A stretch of DNA of 61,028 nt, the filler included, from Jimgerdemannia flammicorona (Eukaryota): assembly GCA_003990765.1 (NCBI GenBank). It is 3 parts of 3 records of this genome, joined end to end, with 100 filler letters (N's around TTAATTAATTAA, not from the genome) between each part and the next. Parts side by side here need not be neighbours in the genome. Positions count along the whole stretch, not along the records: positions 1 to 20,281 come from RBNJ01001717.1; positions 20,382 to 40,658 come from RBNJ01001718.1; 1 more part is not named here. One strand, 5' to 3'. The notes below the pieces were generated by a model, which had not been told where the DNA came from, did no database searches, and worked only from the letters and a program-made list of their open reading frames with translations. Positions within the stretch are counted from its first letter, which is position 1. Each line of letters opens with the position of its first letter. The position numbers were made by a program, and so were the translations under genes. This document shows, piece after piece, positions 13,520-27,200 of this stretch.

Positions 13520-16500
13520 TCATGGCCCAGCCACGTACTTATGCGAATTGACCTGCTTCTCCACGCTAACCACATCCACCACGGCCTCTCCATTCACAAC
13601 CCCATTAACCCCAGTCCTGCCCAGCTCCGCCCGTCCGACGCCCACAACCCCAACGGTTGACAACAACCTTCCCTTGCACGTGAACTTGACGGCCACAGCC
13701 TGAGGGGTCCCCATCGTTGTGGTCTCGAATTTCGCCAATAGCTTCTTGACTTCGCCGCCATCCCCTCCGTCCTCAGGTATGACGATATCGTCTGCGTGCC
13801 AGAGCATCTTCTTCCGCTCGGGGTTCCACGCCCCGGACGGTTCGCTCTGTGCGTTTGTGACTTCGCCGTCAACGGGGACGAGGAAAGTGAGGTTGGTGAT
13901 GACGGTGTTGGAAGCGGCGGCGTCTGGTTCGGCGACGAAGTGGACGCCGTGGTTCGCCTGGTATCGGATGACGAGCAAGGTTTGGTTGTCCTCACATTTC
14001 CACAATGGATGAATGATGAGCGGGACAATGCGGCTCTCGTCGTCCTGGTCGACGCGGGCCTGGTACTTCAGGACGACGACGGGGAGGCCGCCGGCCAGGC
14101 TGAACATGTTAACGTCCAGGGTATAGACGCCCGGGTGTTTGTCGAGCGGGTTGATGTACGAGGTGTTGGGAACGACGCGTTCGAGAGCGTCGACGTTGGT
14201 GATGCGGAAGCAAAGCGGTGTTGAGGGCGAGGGTTCCGAGGGGCCCATGTAGACGAGGCTAATCTCGCCCGTGAAGTAGGCACGCGCGACTTGCCCGGCC
14301 TTTGAGAGCACGCTGACGTTCTCTGTAATGTAGGCTTTGAGCTGCGGCCGCACATGCGGAACTTCTGTGTGTAATGTCGCCGGTTCCAACATCGTGACCT
14401 CCTCGCTGGTGATGGGAATGGCTGGCTCGAACGGGTTCGGTGTGGGCGAGTTGAAAGGATTGCTCACGTTTGTTTCGCTCGTCGATGACGTCCTGCGATG
14501 GTTGAAGTCGAAGGAGATGGGGGAGGACGGGCCCGATACATTTTGAGTGGATTCAGACGAAGGCGAAAGGCGACCGCTCGGGAGCTCGGGGGGGTTTGTG
14601 GAGAGCGTTGTCGCACGAGCCGCTCTGATGTTTCAAAGAACATGTTAGCTGAATGAATGAAATAAATACAAAGCCATGGATTCAATACTCACTCTCTCCG
14701 CCCACGCGCCTTCTTCACGATGGTATCTTTCGCTCGTAGAACTGTCACAACGCGAGTTAGCGCCGACGAAGCGTCTTCCGACGGCTCCTGCATCACGGCT
14801 TGGTCCTTGATCTCAACACGCATTCGGCCCCCACCAATCATACTATTATTTCGTTTTGTTTGTTCAATAGCGTAAGCGCATAAGTTAGCATGCTAGAACT
14901 GCTGCCAATTCCTATATTCAAGCAAGTAACCCACCTCCCGGCGTCTGACTCGTCCTCTGCAAAGTCAGTCGAGATCTGGCTACCGCTCATATCCGTCCAT
15001 GCCGTACGATCCGGCGGGATGGTGTAGCCCTCTATGTCCACGAAGACCTTTGGCTACAGCCAACAAAAATCAAAAATTGGTAGAGGAATGTCGTTAAGGT
15101 ATAGGACCACTCTGCCATCAGATCACACATCCCAAAAAACAATTTTTCCCGCATCCCCACCCCACCACGCTCCTCCATCCCCCTACCACTCGCCATTGCC
15201 AACGCCCCTAAATAACACCTACAGTCTGGCCTTGCCTCATGGCCGTCGAGTTGGATGAATATATAGATGTGGGCGAGCTGGGCGCGTTCGAACCAGTGGA
15301 GGCGGCGTTGCTGTGCTCGTCGTTCGCGGTGCCACTGATGTCGATGGCGAGGCTATCTGTCTTGAAGCCACTGTCATTGCTTGGGACTGGCCCGCTCTCG
15401 CCGAAGAAATCGTGGACGAACTCGCCGTTATCGGAGCGAGCGCCCTCGCTAAGTATGAGTTCGGTTTTTATATGAATCGGGTGTAGGCAACATGAGGGAT
15501 CAGCGCTTTCGATTCATTCAGTAATCTCTCAAGAGCTCCCGTGTCTCCTGAATCTCAAAACGGGACTCACCTTGGAGTCCAACTAGACTCTGTCCTAGTA
15601 CGCCGCCTAATGGTAAACGCCTTGCTGATCACTGTGTACATTCAAATAGAAGATCAAATGAATGACGTGTAAAACTACCTTCCATTTTTGGTGCTTATCA
15701 AACGAAGTCCATAATAAACAGAAACTGGCACGTTGTACAAGATACGTACTACCAACGTCTCGTGGCCCTGAGTCATCCGCCGGGTTGGCTAATATGTTGC
15801 GAGTATCAAACAAACAAATTAACCAACATATAGGTATTGTCAAGCTTTCACGACCTTCAATATCTCAATCACGTGAGGACAACAATGCAACTCATAAAGA
15901 AAGGAAATCGGGCGGAGTACGTACATTTTGACATCCTTGTTATGACGACATTCCTTGCCGAGCAGAACGACTCGATCTCCGCCTGCACGTCGAACGCGAT
16001 AGTCGCGGAGAGGGTCGAGTCCGCGACCTGTGTCGGGTGTGCAAGAGGTTCGCGCGAACGGACAAGAAGGGGGGTTCGAATCGCAGGAAGTTCAGTGATA
16101 GATAGTTCTTAGGTATGAAAGGATGGCACGACGGCATCCAAATTCCCTCAAAAACACTTCAGACAACTAGATCACCATGACGGCCGGCCCCAAAAAATCT
16201 GTACCTCTATCCGCTTGAGCATTTGCTCGGACTGAATATTCTCGAACCGGGTCACGATTTCCTTGAGCACCTGCAAACGATTCTCATCCACGGTTTGGTG
16301 TCTCTATAAAACCCAGAATCAACAGCATCCATGTACGATCAGAAAACAACGTCATGACACTCTAAAAGCCTCCAACTTCTAAATCTGCAAATCCCCGCAA
16401 GCTCCCATTCCTTCCTTCGCCTTCCCACATAAAACCCACGCCTCCCATCATCATTCTTACATCTTTCCGCGGCCTCTGCCGAAACATGACCCAGCCGCGC

Positions 16501-18019
16501 CGAACACGACCAAAACGACGTGCATACCTCAAGGATCTCGGGCCCATCGCGATGCCACGCAATCCGCACCTCCTCCATGATCTTGTGCGACTCCGACAGC
16601 TTGGCACCTAGACACGATGGGAGAATATGGTATTAGCTCGAGCAACGTGTCGGAGGTCGATTTTTATGCCTTGTGACGAAGGCCCGCATACCCCCATTTC
16701 CCAAGCCGTCCTCCTGCCGGTCTCCCACGGCAGATCCATAATACTGCGAGTCTTGTGAACGAGAATATTTCGACTCGTACCTGCATTATCATGCTTTTTG
16801 GAGTTCGCCTTGTCTGCAGTTTTTTTATGCTGCTGCCAACGAAAATGTTAAATTCCAGTCTGCGCTTGAAGAGGTGCCGAGACAACGTGGAATACCTCCC
16901 CGATTTTCGAAACAACCGTCCATCAAACTCCTGTCTCCAGAATTAACCTCACGCCATAAAGTCATCACCCGCTACTAGCCTCACCTTCATCACCTTCGCG
17001 AACCGCTCGTCATAATCCCTTATATGCTTTTGTATGTTAGGCTCCATCTAAACGACCGACAATACATGAACAGGAAAAGCAGTGTTTGTTTGAGCCACAA
17101 CGCGCTACCCCGGATGTTCTCCCACCACTCGTCAGCCCTTCCCTAGCGCACGTCCGCCCGGGCCTCGCCACCATAAACACCACAAACCCCCAACCCCCAA
17201 ACCCCCGCGCGCACACACCATGCGTATCCGGTTGAAGTCTGGGTCGTTCGCCATCCTCGACCGTAGCGGCTTCTCAACTTCGTCGACGATCTTCTCGGCC
17301 ATGGTAGCGTGCGCCTTCGCGATGTCGTTAACCTCATTAAGGAGCAGGTCGTAGACGATAGAAAACACGCTGATTGATTGAAGGGAGTTGTGAACGGTGA
17401 GCGCGAGGACTGAGGGTCGTGAATTGAGGATGAAAAGCGAGAGACCCCGTGCACGATGCATTTCCGTGACGGGAAATAGAACGAGTACCCTACCCGAGCG
17501 CCGATCTGTCGGTGACGAAAGGCTTCTTGGATAGCTTGGCGAGGCTCTTCGCGTACTGATCCTCGATATGGGCCCTGTTAGTGTTCGGCGCATCCGGGAT
17601 TCCAAGAGTGTCCGAAGAATCAGTCACACCGCCGTACACACACCCTGCCAACCGGGAGAGAATCGCTGCGTGACCTCCTCACCGCTCCCAGCGCATGCGA
17701 AAAAACTGGCACCGAAATTAGCTCGGGACACATACCTCTCCTTGAAATATTCTGCTAGCTCATCGTTCAGGACCTTGGCTTTCTTCAGCCTGGCCTGGAC
17801 CATGTCGAGGCCGTCCTTTGGTCGCTCGGTCTATCGGCAGAGCGACGGTGGATGCGTACGTGGTTAGCATAGGCGTCGTCGATCAAGCGACGTGACTTGG
17901 TCATAAATCATGGGCCGCGACGAGAAAGGCGAGAGGGGAAGACACATGCGACCTACCAGGAATGCCTCGGCGTACCTAGGCTTCGTGGTGTCGTCGGGCA
18001 CGGCGAGGGTGTCCATCAT
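13520..18019 (-). CDS. SYP1: Muniscin family endocytic protein (Syp1/FCHo): N-terminal F-BAR, Ser/Pro-rich linker with NPF motifs, C-terminal mu-homology domain; multi-exon
   Basis: First exons give YAEAFL|TERPKDGLDMVQARLKKAKVLNDELAEYFKERAHIEDQYAKSLAKL (F-BAR). The last exon (ORF 13520-14467) has NPF twice and LKAYITENVS...GEISL...LKYQ...W..ED (mu-homology). Not all internal exon boundaries were fixed. Confidence 0.85.
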
Positions 18020-18538
18020 GCTTAGACGGACCTACGGTAGGGTGGGCGGATGGGGTGGTGTGTGGTCTTGTATGCGGTTTTTCCTCCGTAAGCGAGTGTT
18101 GTGTTGTGTCGTCGAGTGAAGGAACAATGAAACTGGCACTACAGCATTCGGCCCACCCAAATCGGCGCACTCACACGACGTCATCCCACGGGCTGCTAAG
18201 TGTCCAGCCAAATGGGGTCACAGCGTGCCTACAAAGGGTGCCACACAGCGTGGTAGGTCCCCGCAGCGACCCTAGTGGCCCCATCCACGCGGCGGTTGGA
18301 CCACTTTGTCGTGAAACCCACGAGCCCTATCTTCACAAAAGTAGCTTTTCTATATTGCCTTATTTCTTTATCGTTACCAGTGTGGATCTATGTCGTAAAT
18401 GTGCTACAAGACCTCGCACAGAAAGTTTCGCTGGCTAACTATATATTTGAATTATGCCTTTCATCTATGCCATGCAAAAAATATGGGATTTAATTTTCAT
18501 ATTTGTAATTTCACGTCGCGCTCCCGTAGCACCGCTGC

Positions 18539-20259
18539 CTATTTCTTAGCAGGATCGAACTTGCTCTCGATGCCGGCCCAGGCCTTCCAGTAGTCGTCCT
18601 GGACCTTCTGGCAGGTGTTGAGGCCCCACTCAGTGGTGGCGAGCATGTAGCAGCTCTCGAACATGAAGGCCTGGGTTCCCTCGGCGACACGCACGGGTTT
18701 GAGTTCGCCCGTGATAGCCTTGTCAACCGCGCCAGCGTCCGGGCCGTGCGGGGTCATAATACTGTGGAGCGAGCCGCCGCCCGGGAGGAAGCCGCCCGTC
18801 TTGCCCTCGTAATCGCCGAGGATTAAGCCCATAAACTCGGACATGCAGTTGCGGTGGAAATAGGGCGGCCGGAACTTTAGGGGAAAATGAGGCGAGGGGG
18901 GATGAAGCCAGAGTTTAGATGAACACAAATGAAACGTATGGGGAAAAGAAGCCTACCGTGTGTTCCTGGACGGCCCAACGCGGCGGGAAGATGACAAAGT
19001 CCGCGACCGCGACGCCGGGACGCTCGGACTTGCAAGTCAATACCGTGAAGATGGAGGGATCCTACAAACAGGCCACATCAGTATCCCACTATAAAAACAC
19101 CCCCTCATCCAGCATCTGCCTACACACCCACAATCCCCCCGGCCCATCACGCCGCACACATACTATGTGATCGAACGACACCGAGTTGATGACGCAGAAC
19201 TTGGCAAGGTCGTACTTGTAAGGCACATAGTTGCCATGCCACCCGACGACGTCGAATGGCGAGTGGTCCTGCTCGGCCACAAACAGTTGGCCCACGTATT
19301 TATTGACGATGTGCCAGTCGACTTTGGCATTTTCGTAGCGCGCTGTTGGGGTCAAAAAGTGGCGCGGGTCCGCGAGACCGTTGGCGCCTAGGTGAGGGAG
19401 GAATTGGCCATGAAGATGAGAATGATTGGATGGAATGGCGGAGAGGCACAGCACTGATAGAGCAAGGTGCGCCCAAAATACATACCGATGGGGCCTAAGT
19501 CAGGGAGCTCAAAGTGGCCATTATACACCTCGAGGATGTAGCCGCGGCTGTAAATATCGTGATAAGAAAATGATTGAATATTAGCATCGCCCACGACGAC
19601 ATCATTTCACACGTTCACCTGGAAGTTTCACGTCCGTAAAACCGATCCTACCTCGGCCCATCGGGCAGTGCGACCGAGAAGCGCATACCGCGCTGGATGA
19701 CACAGATCTCGTTGGGATGGACCATGAGCGGACCGAACTCGGTGGTGATGTCAAGACGACCGTGCTGGGGAACTGTAGAATGATGGCAGGGAATTAGAGG
19801 AAAGTTGATCGACGGAAGGCGTGCGAGTTGGGTCAAGATACGATCGCATGGTTTACTCAAAGCGAGACGCAAGCGATGGAGTATCGAACCACCTATCAGA
19901 TACAAAAATCAAGACAACCCTTCCGCCCCGCCCACCCACTATCAAACCCACCGATTAAGAAATCGCCATCTGAGTTATAGAATGCCTTCTTTTTCATCCC
20001 AACATTAGCTGTGAACACGTGAATGGCGATCCCATGCCTGGTACTCGGCTCGCCGGCACCTGCGACCGTGCGCAATCCGGCGATAAAGTCAACCTTATCG
20101 CCGTTGCGCGGGAGGTCGAAAGGAGACCAGCGGAGTTGGCTCGGAGTGAGGCTCACATGCGGGGATCCGGGGTGAAAGGCGGAGACGAGATGCGAGGGCG
20201 AGGGTATTAGTGGGCGGAAGGGACGGTGCACGGCCGAGGGGTGAATGCGATAGAGCCAG
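18539..20259 (-). CDS. hmgA: Homogentisate 1,2-dioxygenase, 5'-truncated by the contig end; multi-exon
   Basis: Exons encode [92 protein letters not shown] and AFMFES. Confidence 0.96.
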
Positions 20260-20281
20260 CTGGCGGTTTTTTTTTTTTTTT

Positions 20282-20381
20282 NNNNNNNNNNNNNNNNNNN
20301 NNNNNNNNNNNNNNNNNNNNNNNNNTTAATTAATTAANNNNNNNNNNNNNNNNNNNNNNNNNNNNNNNNNNNNNNNNNNNN
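20282..20381. other. Artificial contig spacer (N44-TTAATTAATTAA-N44)
   Basis: Exactly 100 nt with a palindromic all-frame-stop core; an identical spacer sits at 40659-40758. Confidence 0.97.
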
Positions 20382-21930
20382 TTTTTTTTAGGAGCCTTTG
20401 CTCTCTCTGCTTTATTCTCTCACTCTCTATTTCTTATAGCTCAAAAAAGGCTCTAATTCTTGTAGCTCAAAAAAGACTCTGATTCTTATAACTTAAAAAA
20501 GACTCCAATTCTCACAGTTCATCTTCAACATATATAAGAGGGTTACTTATTAAAGTAACCATTACATAGTTCTGAAAGGGTTTTCTGGAGGTTCTGGATA
20601 TTCTGAAAGACTATTTTCTTAAGGTCAAGATCAATTTCATATGGAGTATGTTCTCTATACTTATTGATTTTAAATTTGGATTGACATCTCAACCAAAGTC
20701 CTTATTTAGACTAGTTCTAGATATTCAGGATTTTCCATATTTCAGGAAGTTCAAGAAACTAAGACCAGCTTAGTTGAATTGGCATATCACTGCAGATAAT
20801 ACTCAATTAGGAAATTTCATGATAGGGTTAGGAGTGGGACCTAACAGAGAGCAGATTTACTTAAGAGTAGTTTATGGGGTATTAAATAGATTTATTTGCT
20901 ATTCATGATATTGCTATACTAGAAGTAGTTGTGTGAGAGAGTATTATGGAGAATGTTCTTATGTATTTAAGTCTGTTTAAGTCTGAGATTCTGAGGTCTA
21001 GAGAAGAGAGTATTTATACTAGTGAGGGGCTATCTGAACTATACTAGATATAGATATAGTACTTAGTACTTTACTGAGTCAGAATACAGTCACATAGTAC
21101 AAGTATAATCTGATATATCAAGGAATTGTCTGACTGCTAAGTCAGTTCACAGTTACATCATACAAGGCTAATCTAACTTATACTATGACTGCTAAGCTAT
21201 TTATAGATTTAGATACTGTCTGGTTAGTCTTTGATAACATTATCTCTGGCAAAGTCTGAGCAGTTTTCTGACTTCTGATATCATTAGTTTCAAAGGTATT
21301 ATTACCTCTATCTCTTGCAAAACTAAGGCTGTCCTTGGTGGTGGTAGTTGTACAAGGATAATAGGTCTTGGTTCTCTTTTTTTTTGAACTGCTGGCACAT
21401 TTGTGAGGACTGGTCATTCTTGTCTAGGACAAGGGCTCCCAATATCATAGCTGGGGGTTCAAACCTCTTGAAAATGATATTTTCTATAATCTGAGACAAT
21501 TTCTAATAGTAATATCTATCACATAGATGGGCTTGAGATTGGTTTTGACAATATCAGCTTTTTTAAGTTCAGATGAAGTATCTGTTATTCTCCAATAGAG
21601 GTGATATAGATAGAGTGAATAGAGTTATTCAAATGTATTTTGCTTCTGCTAAGTAATGAGATCTTTGTATAGTTGCAGTATATCTTGGTCTTAAGTTGAT
21701 AAGTACAGTTTATGAATCTTTGATGGATGAGATTGTCTCAGTTGAGTTTGGTACTTCAGTTTCCTTTTATAATAGTATATGGTATACTAAAACTAGTTGT
21801 AGAGATTCAGGGTTAGTCTTATGGTTATAGTACTTCTTCTGGTATTCTTATATCTTAGCAGTATATTTACATATCTGCTGGCATATTTTGTATAATCAGA
21901 TGATCTCTTCAGTAACTTGTTTTGTAGTCT
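20382..21930 (-). mobile_element. Decayed 3' remnant of a family-A-like Gypsy element (integrase C-terminus plus probable LTR)
   Basis: 21391-21930 aligns by eye with 33721-34300 (tgctggcacatttgtgaggactgg..., gggcttgag..tggttt). Many transitions and no open frames. Confidence 0.65.
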
Positions 21931-22244
21931 CACATGTGGTTTCCAAATTAGTTCTGAGGATAATATATAATTTTGGTGGCTTAGAGGTTATATGCTTACA
22001 ACTCTCCCCTTCTTAGCTTTCAATGTCCTTATTGGGGCCTTCTAATTTAATCTAGTATTATTGTACCATTTGAATGATTCTTGTAACTATGTTTGTTGAG
22101 GGTTTGTTCAACTTTGTATTCTTCTTAGTCATTAATAATAACAGGTGTAGGTGGTTTTGCAGTATCTTTCTCTGATACCATTTAGGTTACACAACCTTTA
22201 AAAGGTACTTACAATATTGTTTTTGGAGAAAAGAGACTAACAAC

Positions 22245-24268
22245 ATGGCAACCGACAGGCAATCTGAGGTGCATACTGGGCAGGGTGGCCTAAGTGCTTT
22301 TGAATGGCAGTAGGTGGGAAGGGGCCCAGGCCTGGGGGGGGGGCATGAGGGGGCTGCTGGCAGAAGGATATGGAAGGGGTGGAGGTAATGGTGGAGGCCA
22401 AGGGTCTGGGAGGGCAAGCTTTATAGAGATAGTGAAGAGAAGACAGCAGGCATTAGGGCTGGAGGGCTGGCTGAGGAGGGGCAAGGAGACTGAGAAAGTA
22501 GCGGTATATAGGAGAGTAGCCCTTAGAAGGGGGGGGCAGTGGAGCTGGGGGAGTAGTGACTGGGGGGAGTGTGACTGTTGATGGCAATGGAACTGCCAAT
22601 CTGGAAAAAAATCCAGATGTGACAGTTGATAGCAAGGCTGAGCAGCTGAGGCTTGGAAGACAAGAGGATTTGGTAGATGGCGTAATGGGTCTGGCAGTGG
22701 CCTCATTACTCAAAAAATCAATCTCAGTATTTGTGGTTACACTGTACTTCTGGGACTTAGTGGTGATGGCAAAAATGGTGCTGGGGCTTATTACTAAGCA
22801 GGTGGCAGGAGCCATATCAGTGAAGTTTTTGAAGGAACTGGAAGGTGTGGAGGTGGGTTTTGAGGAGGCTGAGCTACTGGAGGAGGCACTGAAGGTTGGG
22901 TTAGTAGTTGGGGAGGTGTGTGTTCCAATGGTATGATGCCTGAAATGGGATCCAAGGGTGGTCTAACTGCTGGTGAAAGGAGTGCCCATAGTGATGGTAG
23001 TGGAGATAAGAAAGAGAGTTGAGGAAGTCATGGCAGAATATGAAGAGGTGGTGGATATTGGATTCAGGGTCTGGGAAGGGACCTTGCTCAGGACTGGTCA
23101 TATGGATGTGAGGATTTGGCTGGCTGGGAAAGAAGCTTCTGAGAAGGTGAGAGACTGGCCTTCAGTGATGGTCTGGGGAGTGATCTTGTGCAAGGTGACA
23201 AGGGTGAAGGGAAGTGAGGAGGAGGAAGAGGATTTATTGGAAGTACTTGAAGAATTGAGTGGTGCTGTAGAGCAGCAAACAAAGACTTGGAAGGCTTTTG
23301 TGGAGTCGACATACTTGGAGGTAGTGGATGGAAAGCAGATTCAAGTAGACAAGGTGCAGTGGGAAAGGGCTCAGGGGTGTAAGAGACAGAAGGATCTGCT
23401 GGCTAAACTGGGAGGCAGACCACTGGAGGATGCAAGCAAGGTGACAGGTATAGAGGGGGCCAAAGCAAGTGCCTGGGCTGGTGAGAGGGGTGGGAATTCT
23501 GGGAAGGAGACAGGGAAGGAGAAGGAGGTGAAGATTAATGATCTGTATGCTGATGATACCTTTGAGGTTTGGGAGGAGGCCTGAGAGGACTCCCCCACTT
23601 CTTCTTCTCTTATTAGACAAGGCCCAGCTTCCAGAAACAAGATAGTGGAGGACATGATAATGCTGGGGGCCCAATGGGTGAAATTTGGAGTTCCAGAAAT
23701 AATAAATGGGGGACATGTGGTGGCAGCCAGAGAGGAGGAACTGGTGGATGTCCCGGAGGTATGGGATGAGGCTACAAGTGCTGGAGCTGACACCATGATG
23801 CTGGATGGAGGGAGGCTGGCGACCCCTGGAGGGAAGGAGGTGGGGAACCTTCTTTGGATATATAGGATGATGAATAACCTGGTGGCAGAAGAGTTGGGGG
23901 AAGTGGACTTACAAATGATGAGTGATGAGCACTGGGCATAGATATTGCAGGGAGATGGAGTGATGATGGCACTGAAGGCAGAAATTCTTGTGGTGTATCT
24001 AGAGGAGGAAGGATATGAGGTGGACAAGAAGTGGGAGGCAGAGATGGCAGTTGTTGCTGGGGAGAGGGCTGAATACTGCTGGAACAAGCATCATGGATTG
24101 CAGCTTTGGCAGGAGGCTTGCATTGAGTACTGGGAGGAGTTTGAGGAGAAGGCAGATAGGGAGATGAATGAGCTGTTGGCTGGATTGGAGGCTCAGAGGG
24201 CTGAAGAGGAGGAGGTGATGGCAGAACATAATCTGGACATGGCACAGGAGATGAATATGGGGCAGTAG
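22245..24268 (+). pseudogene. LINE ORF1 (Gly-rich N-terminus, RRM-like central part, acidic C-terminal part), disrupted
   Basis: ATG at 22245 (MATDRQSEV...), SFIEIVK motif, LVKGVP...YEEVVDIGF...WPSVMVWG; premature stops and a frameshift. Confidence 0.75.
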
Positions 24269-24298
24269 AAATCAACTGATAACAAAACGTATTTCATT

Positions 24299-27200
24299 AT
24301 GAACAGTACAACTAACATTTTTTCTTTGAATGTGAATGGGTTATGGGGTGCTGTTGGACATAGGAACATTTTTACTTGGCTGAAGGGATTGGAGGCTGAT
24401 CTCTTCCTCTTGCAGGATGTCAGGTGTGAGGATGATTCTGATAGGATAGAATGGACAAAAGAATGGGGAGGCATGGCGATTTGGAAAGACAAGGTCGAGA
24501 TTCTGGTTCAGAAGGGCAGAGGGGAGATAAGAGATATGAGGAGCTGGGGGGAGAGACTGGTCTGGGGTTAGTGGATTCATGCAGGCTGGGAGCCAGTTAC
24601 AGTTGACTCCTGTTACTACTCTACTATATGGGGTGAGTATGTAGATTGGGTGAAGGGTCTCCAGGAGAGTGGGATTCTTGCAGAGACTGGGGTGGATATG
24701 CTTGGAGGAGATTTCAATATGGTTCAGGATATGCTGACAGATAGAACAGATGGAGGACGGGGTACTGAGGGCAGGAGTGGAGGGCTAGTGATGTGGGAGG
24801 AAGTAGAAAGACTTAGTGTATTGGTGGATGCTAGCAGGGAGTACTGGGGGAATAGAAGGGTTTATATGCATTGGGCTGGGGGTCTGGGGACAAGGATCAA
24901 CTGGATTCTGATGGCCAGCTGCTGGGGCCAAGATGTTTGGAAGTTGCTAGAGGTGAAATAGTACCCATGGTCAGATCACTGGGATAGGGGTGCTTTGGAG
25001 GAAGTGGGGATGGGCCTGGACATTGGTGCCTAAATTCCTCTGATAATAAGTTCTGGTGGGATGAGTGGGCTAAAAACATTCAGCTGAGGGTGGAGAACTG
25101 GCAACAGAAAGGTGCCTCAATTGGGGTTCAGTGGATGAGGATGAAAGAGATGACCAGGATTTACTGGAGTGAGGCTGGCAAGGAGACAGGGAAGCAGAGA
25201 AGGCAAAGAGTGCATTGGGCTTCTACTCGATTGGCTAGACTTCTGAAGGAGTGGGCGAGACTGGCAATGTTGGAGGGAGAAGAAGATTGGTGATTAATGA
25301 GAGTAAAGATAGAGGTTGGGGAACTACAACAGGTACTGTGAGAAGAGGAAGAGGTAAGGGTGCAAAGCTTGGTGGCATGGCTTTATTGGCAGATGCTGGA
25401 GGAAGGAGATAGGCCTTCCAAGTTTCTCATAAGGGCCCTTATGGCAAGAAGAGTACAGCAATGGTGGGATGAGGTACTTGACTCAGATGGTGTGCTAGTA
25501 TATAGTGTGCAGGACATTCTTGGATTGTTGAAGGAGTGATAGAGTGGATTGTGGAGTGAGGAGGAGAGTGGAGTGGATGCTGATGCCATTGACTGAACAT
25601 TGGAGGATTGGCACCCACCACAAGTAGAGGGGCTAGGTGACCTGGTGATATGTATCTGTAAAGGAGAATGAGATCCACCAGGTTCTTGCCACAACAACCC
25701 CAGGTATGGCACCTGAGGAGGATGGTCTGCCCTGGGACTTCTGGAAGTGAATGATTGGAGTCCCAGGTGTGATGGGAGAGATGATGGCATTGTGCGACTT
25801 TATACTACAGACAGGGAGATGGGTGAGGGAGCAGGATCTTGGGCTGGTGATACTGCTTTATAAGAACAAAGGAAGGTGAGAGGATTGGAAGAACTGGTGG
25901 CCAACAATGTTGCTAGATATGGACAGAAAGTTGGTGACTAAGGTGGTAGTTACAAGGCTACAGAAGGTGGCCCAGCAAGTTGTGGGTGTTGAGCAGAGAG
26001 GATTTGTGGGTGGTCGGCTCATTAGAGATGGCACAGCCTGGATATATGGAGTTATTGAAGGGGTGAGAGCCTGTGGACTAGATGGGCATCTAGTCTTCTT
26101 GGACTAAGAGAAGGCTTATGACCGGGTGTGATGAGTCTGGCTGGAGAAAGTATTGGATAGAACAGGGGTTCTGCACCAATTTTGGTCAGCAATGGTCAGC
26201 CTACTGAAAGGGAGTAGGGCTGCACTCATGTGTAATAGACATAGAGGAGTTGCATTCCCCCTGGGTAGGAGGGTACCTCAGGGGGACCCACTGTCCCCCA
26301 TTTTGTACACTCTTTCCCTAGAACCTCTAATGGACAGAATTAGGCAGAGGATAGTAGGGCTTGCTATCTATGAGATTGGGTGGAAAGTTGGGGCCTTTGC
26401 AGATGATATGGTGGTTGGTTTGGGATCGATTGATGATGTTGAGGAGCTCAAGAAGACAGTGGAGTGGTATGAGGAGAACTCTGAGGCTAAGCTGAATTGG
26501 CATAAGTATGAAACAATGGTGCTAGGCAACAGCCTGATGGGAGGAGAAGTTATAGGAGCAATTGTCCCCACCAGTGAGGCAGTGCAGTACTTGGGTATCT
26601 ATTTGTCAGTCTATGGATCAGTTTTGCCCAGACTTTGGTGGGAGCAGAGGATTGGAATCTGGGAGGAGGACCTGTGGGGTTGGGGGGGAAGATAATTTTC
26701 TCTGGTGGGGTGGGTCTCGATTTTGAATATATATTGGCTGCCAAAGCTGTGGTATTTGGCTTATCACCTGGACTTCCCAGCCTGGGTAGTGAAGAGATTG
26801 ATGAAGGTAGCAAAGGGATGGATTTAGGCTAGCAGATGGAGTCAGATTGGTTGGGAGACATTGTCCCTATTGGTGGCAAGAGGTGGTCTTGGGCTGGTGG
26901 ACTTTCTCAAATGACTATACTGCTTGAGGGCATGGTGGCTAAAGAGGGTGGTGGAGTTGCAAGAAGGTGGTTGGGTTCCCCTACTGCAGAAGATCTAGAA
27001 GAGGCAGTCATTGCCGAGAGGCTCAACTGGTGATCTCCTCTCATTGGTTGGACTTTGGAATACTGAACAATTGCGATATAAAAGATTCTGGTGGGGGATA
27101 GCAGAGGGGGCACACCATATTGGTATTTGCTGGTAGAAGAATGAGGGGGAGGTGGCTTGGGACCCGGTGATGTAGAGATGGGATAGTATACTGCTGAGTG

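Noticed and set aside
20326..20337. TTAATTAATTAA palindrome as a biological site
   Set aside because: It is the centre of an artificial assembly spacer.
22140..22165. TSD for LINE copy 1
   Set aside because: The sequence upstream of the estimated 5' end does not match the sequence after the poly(A) at 28032, so no TSD is claimed.
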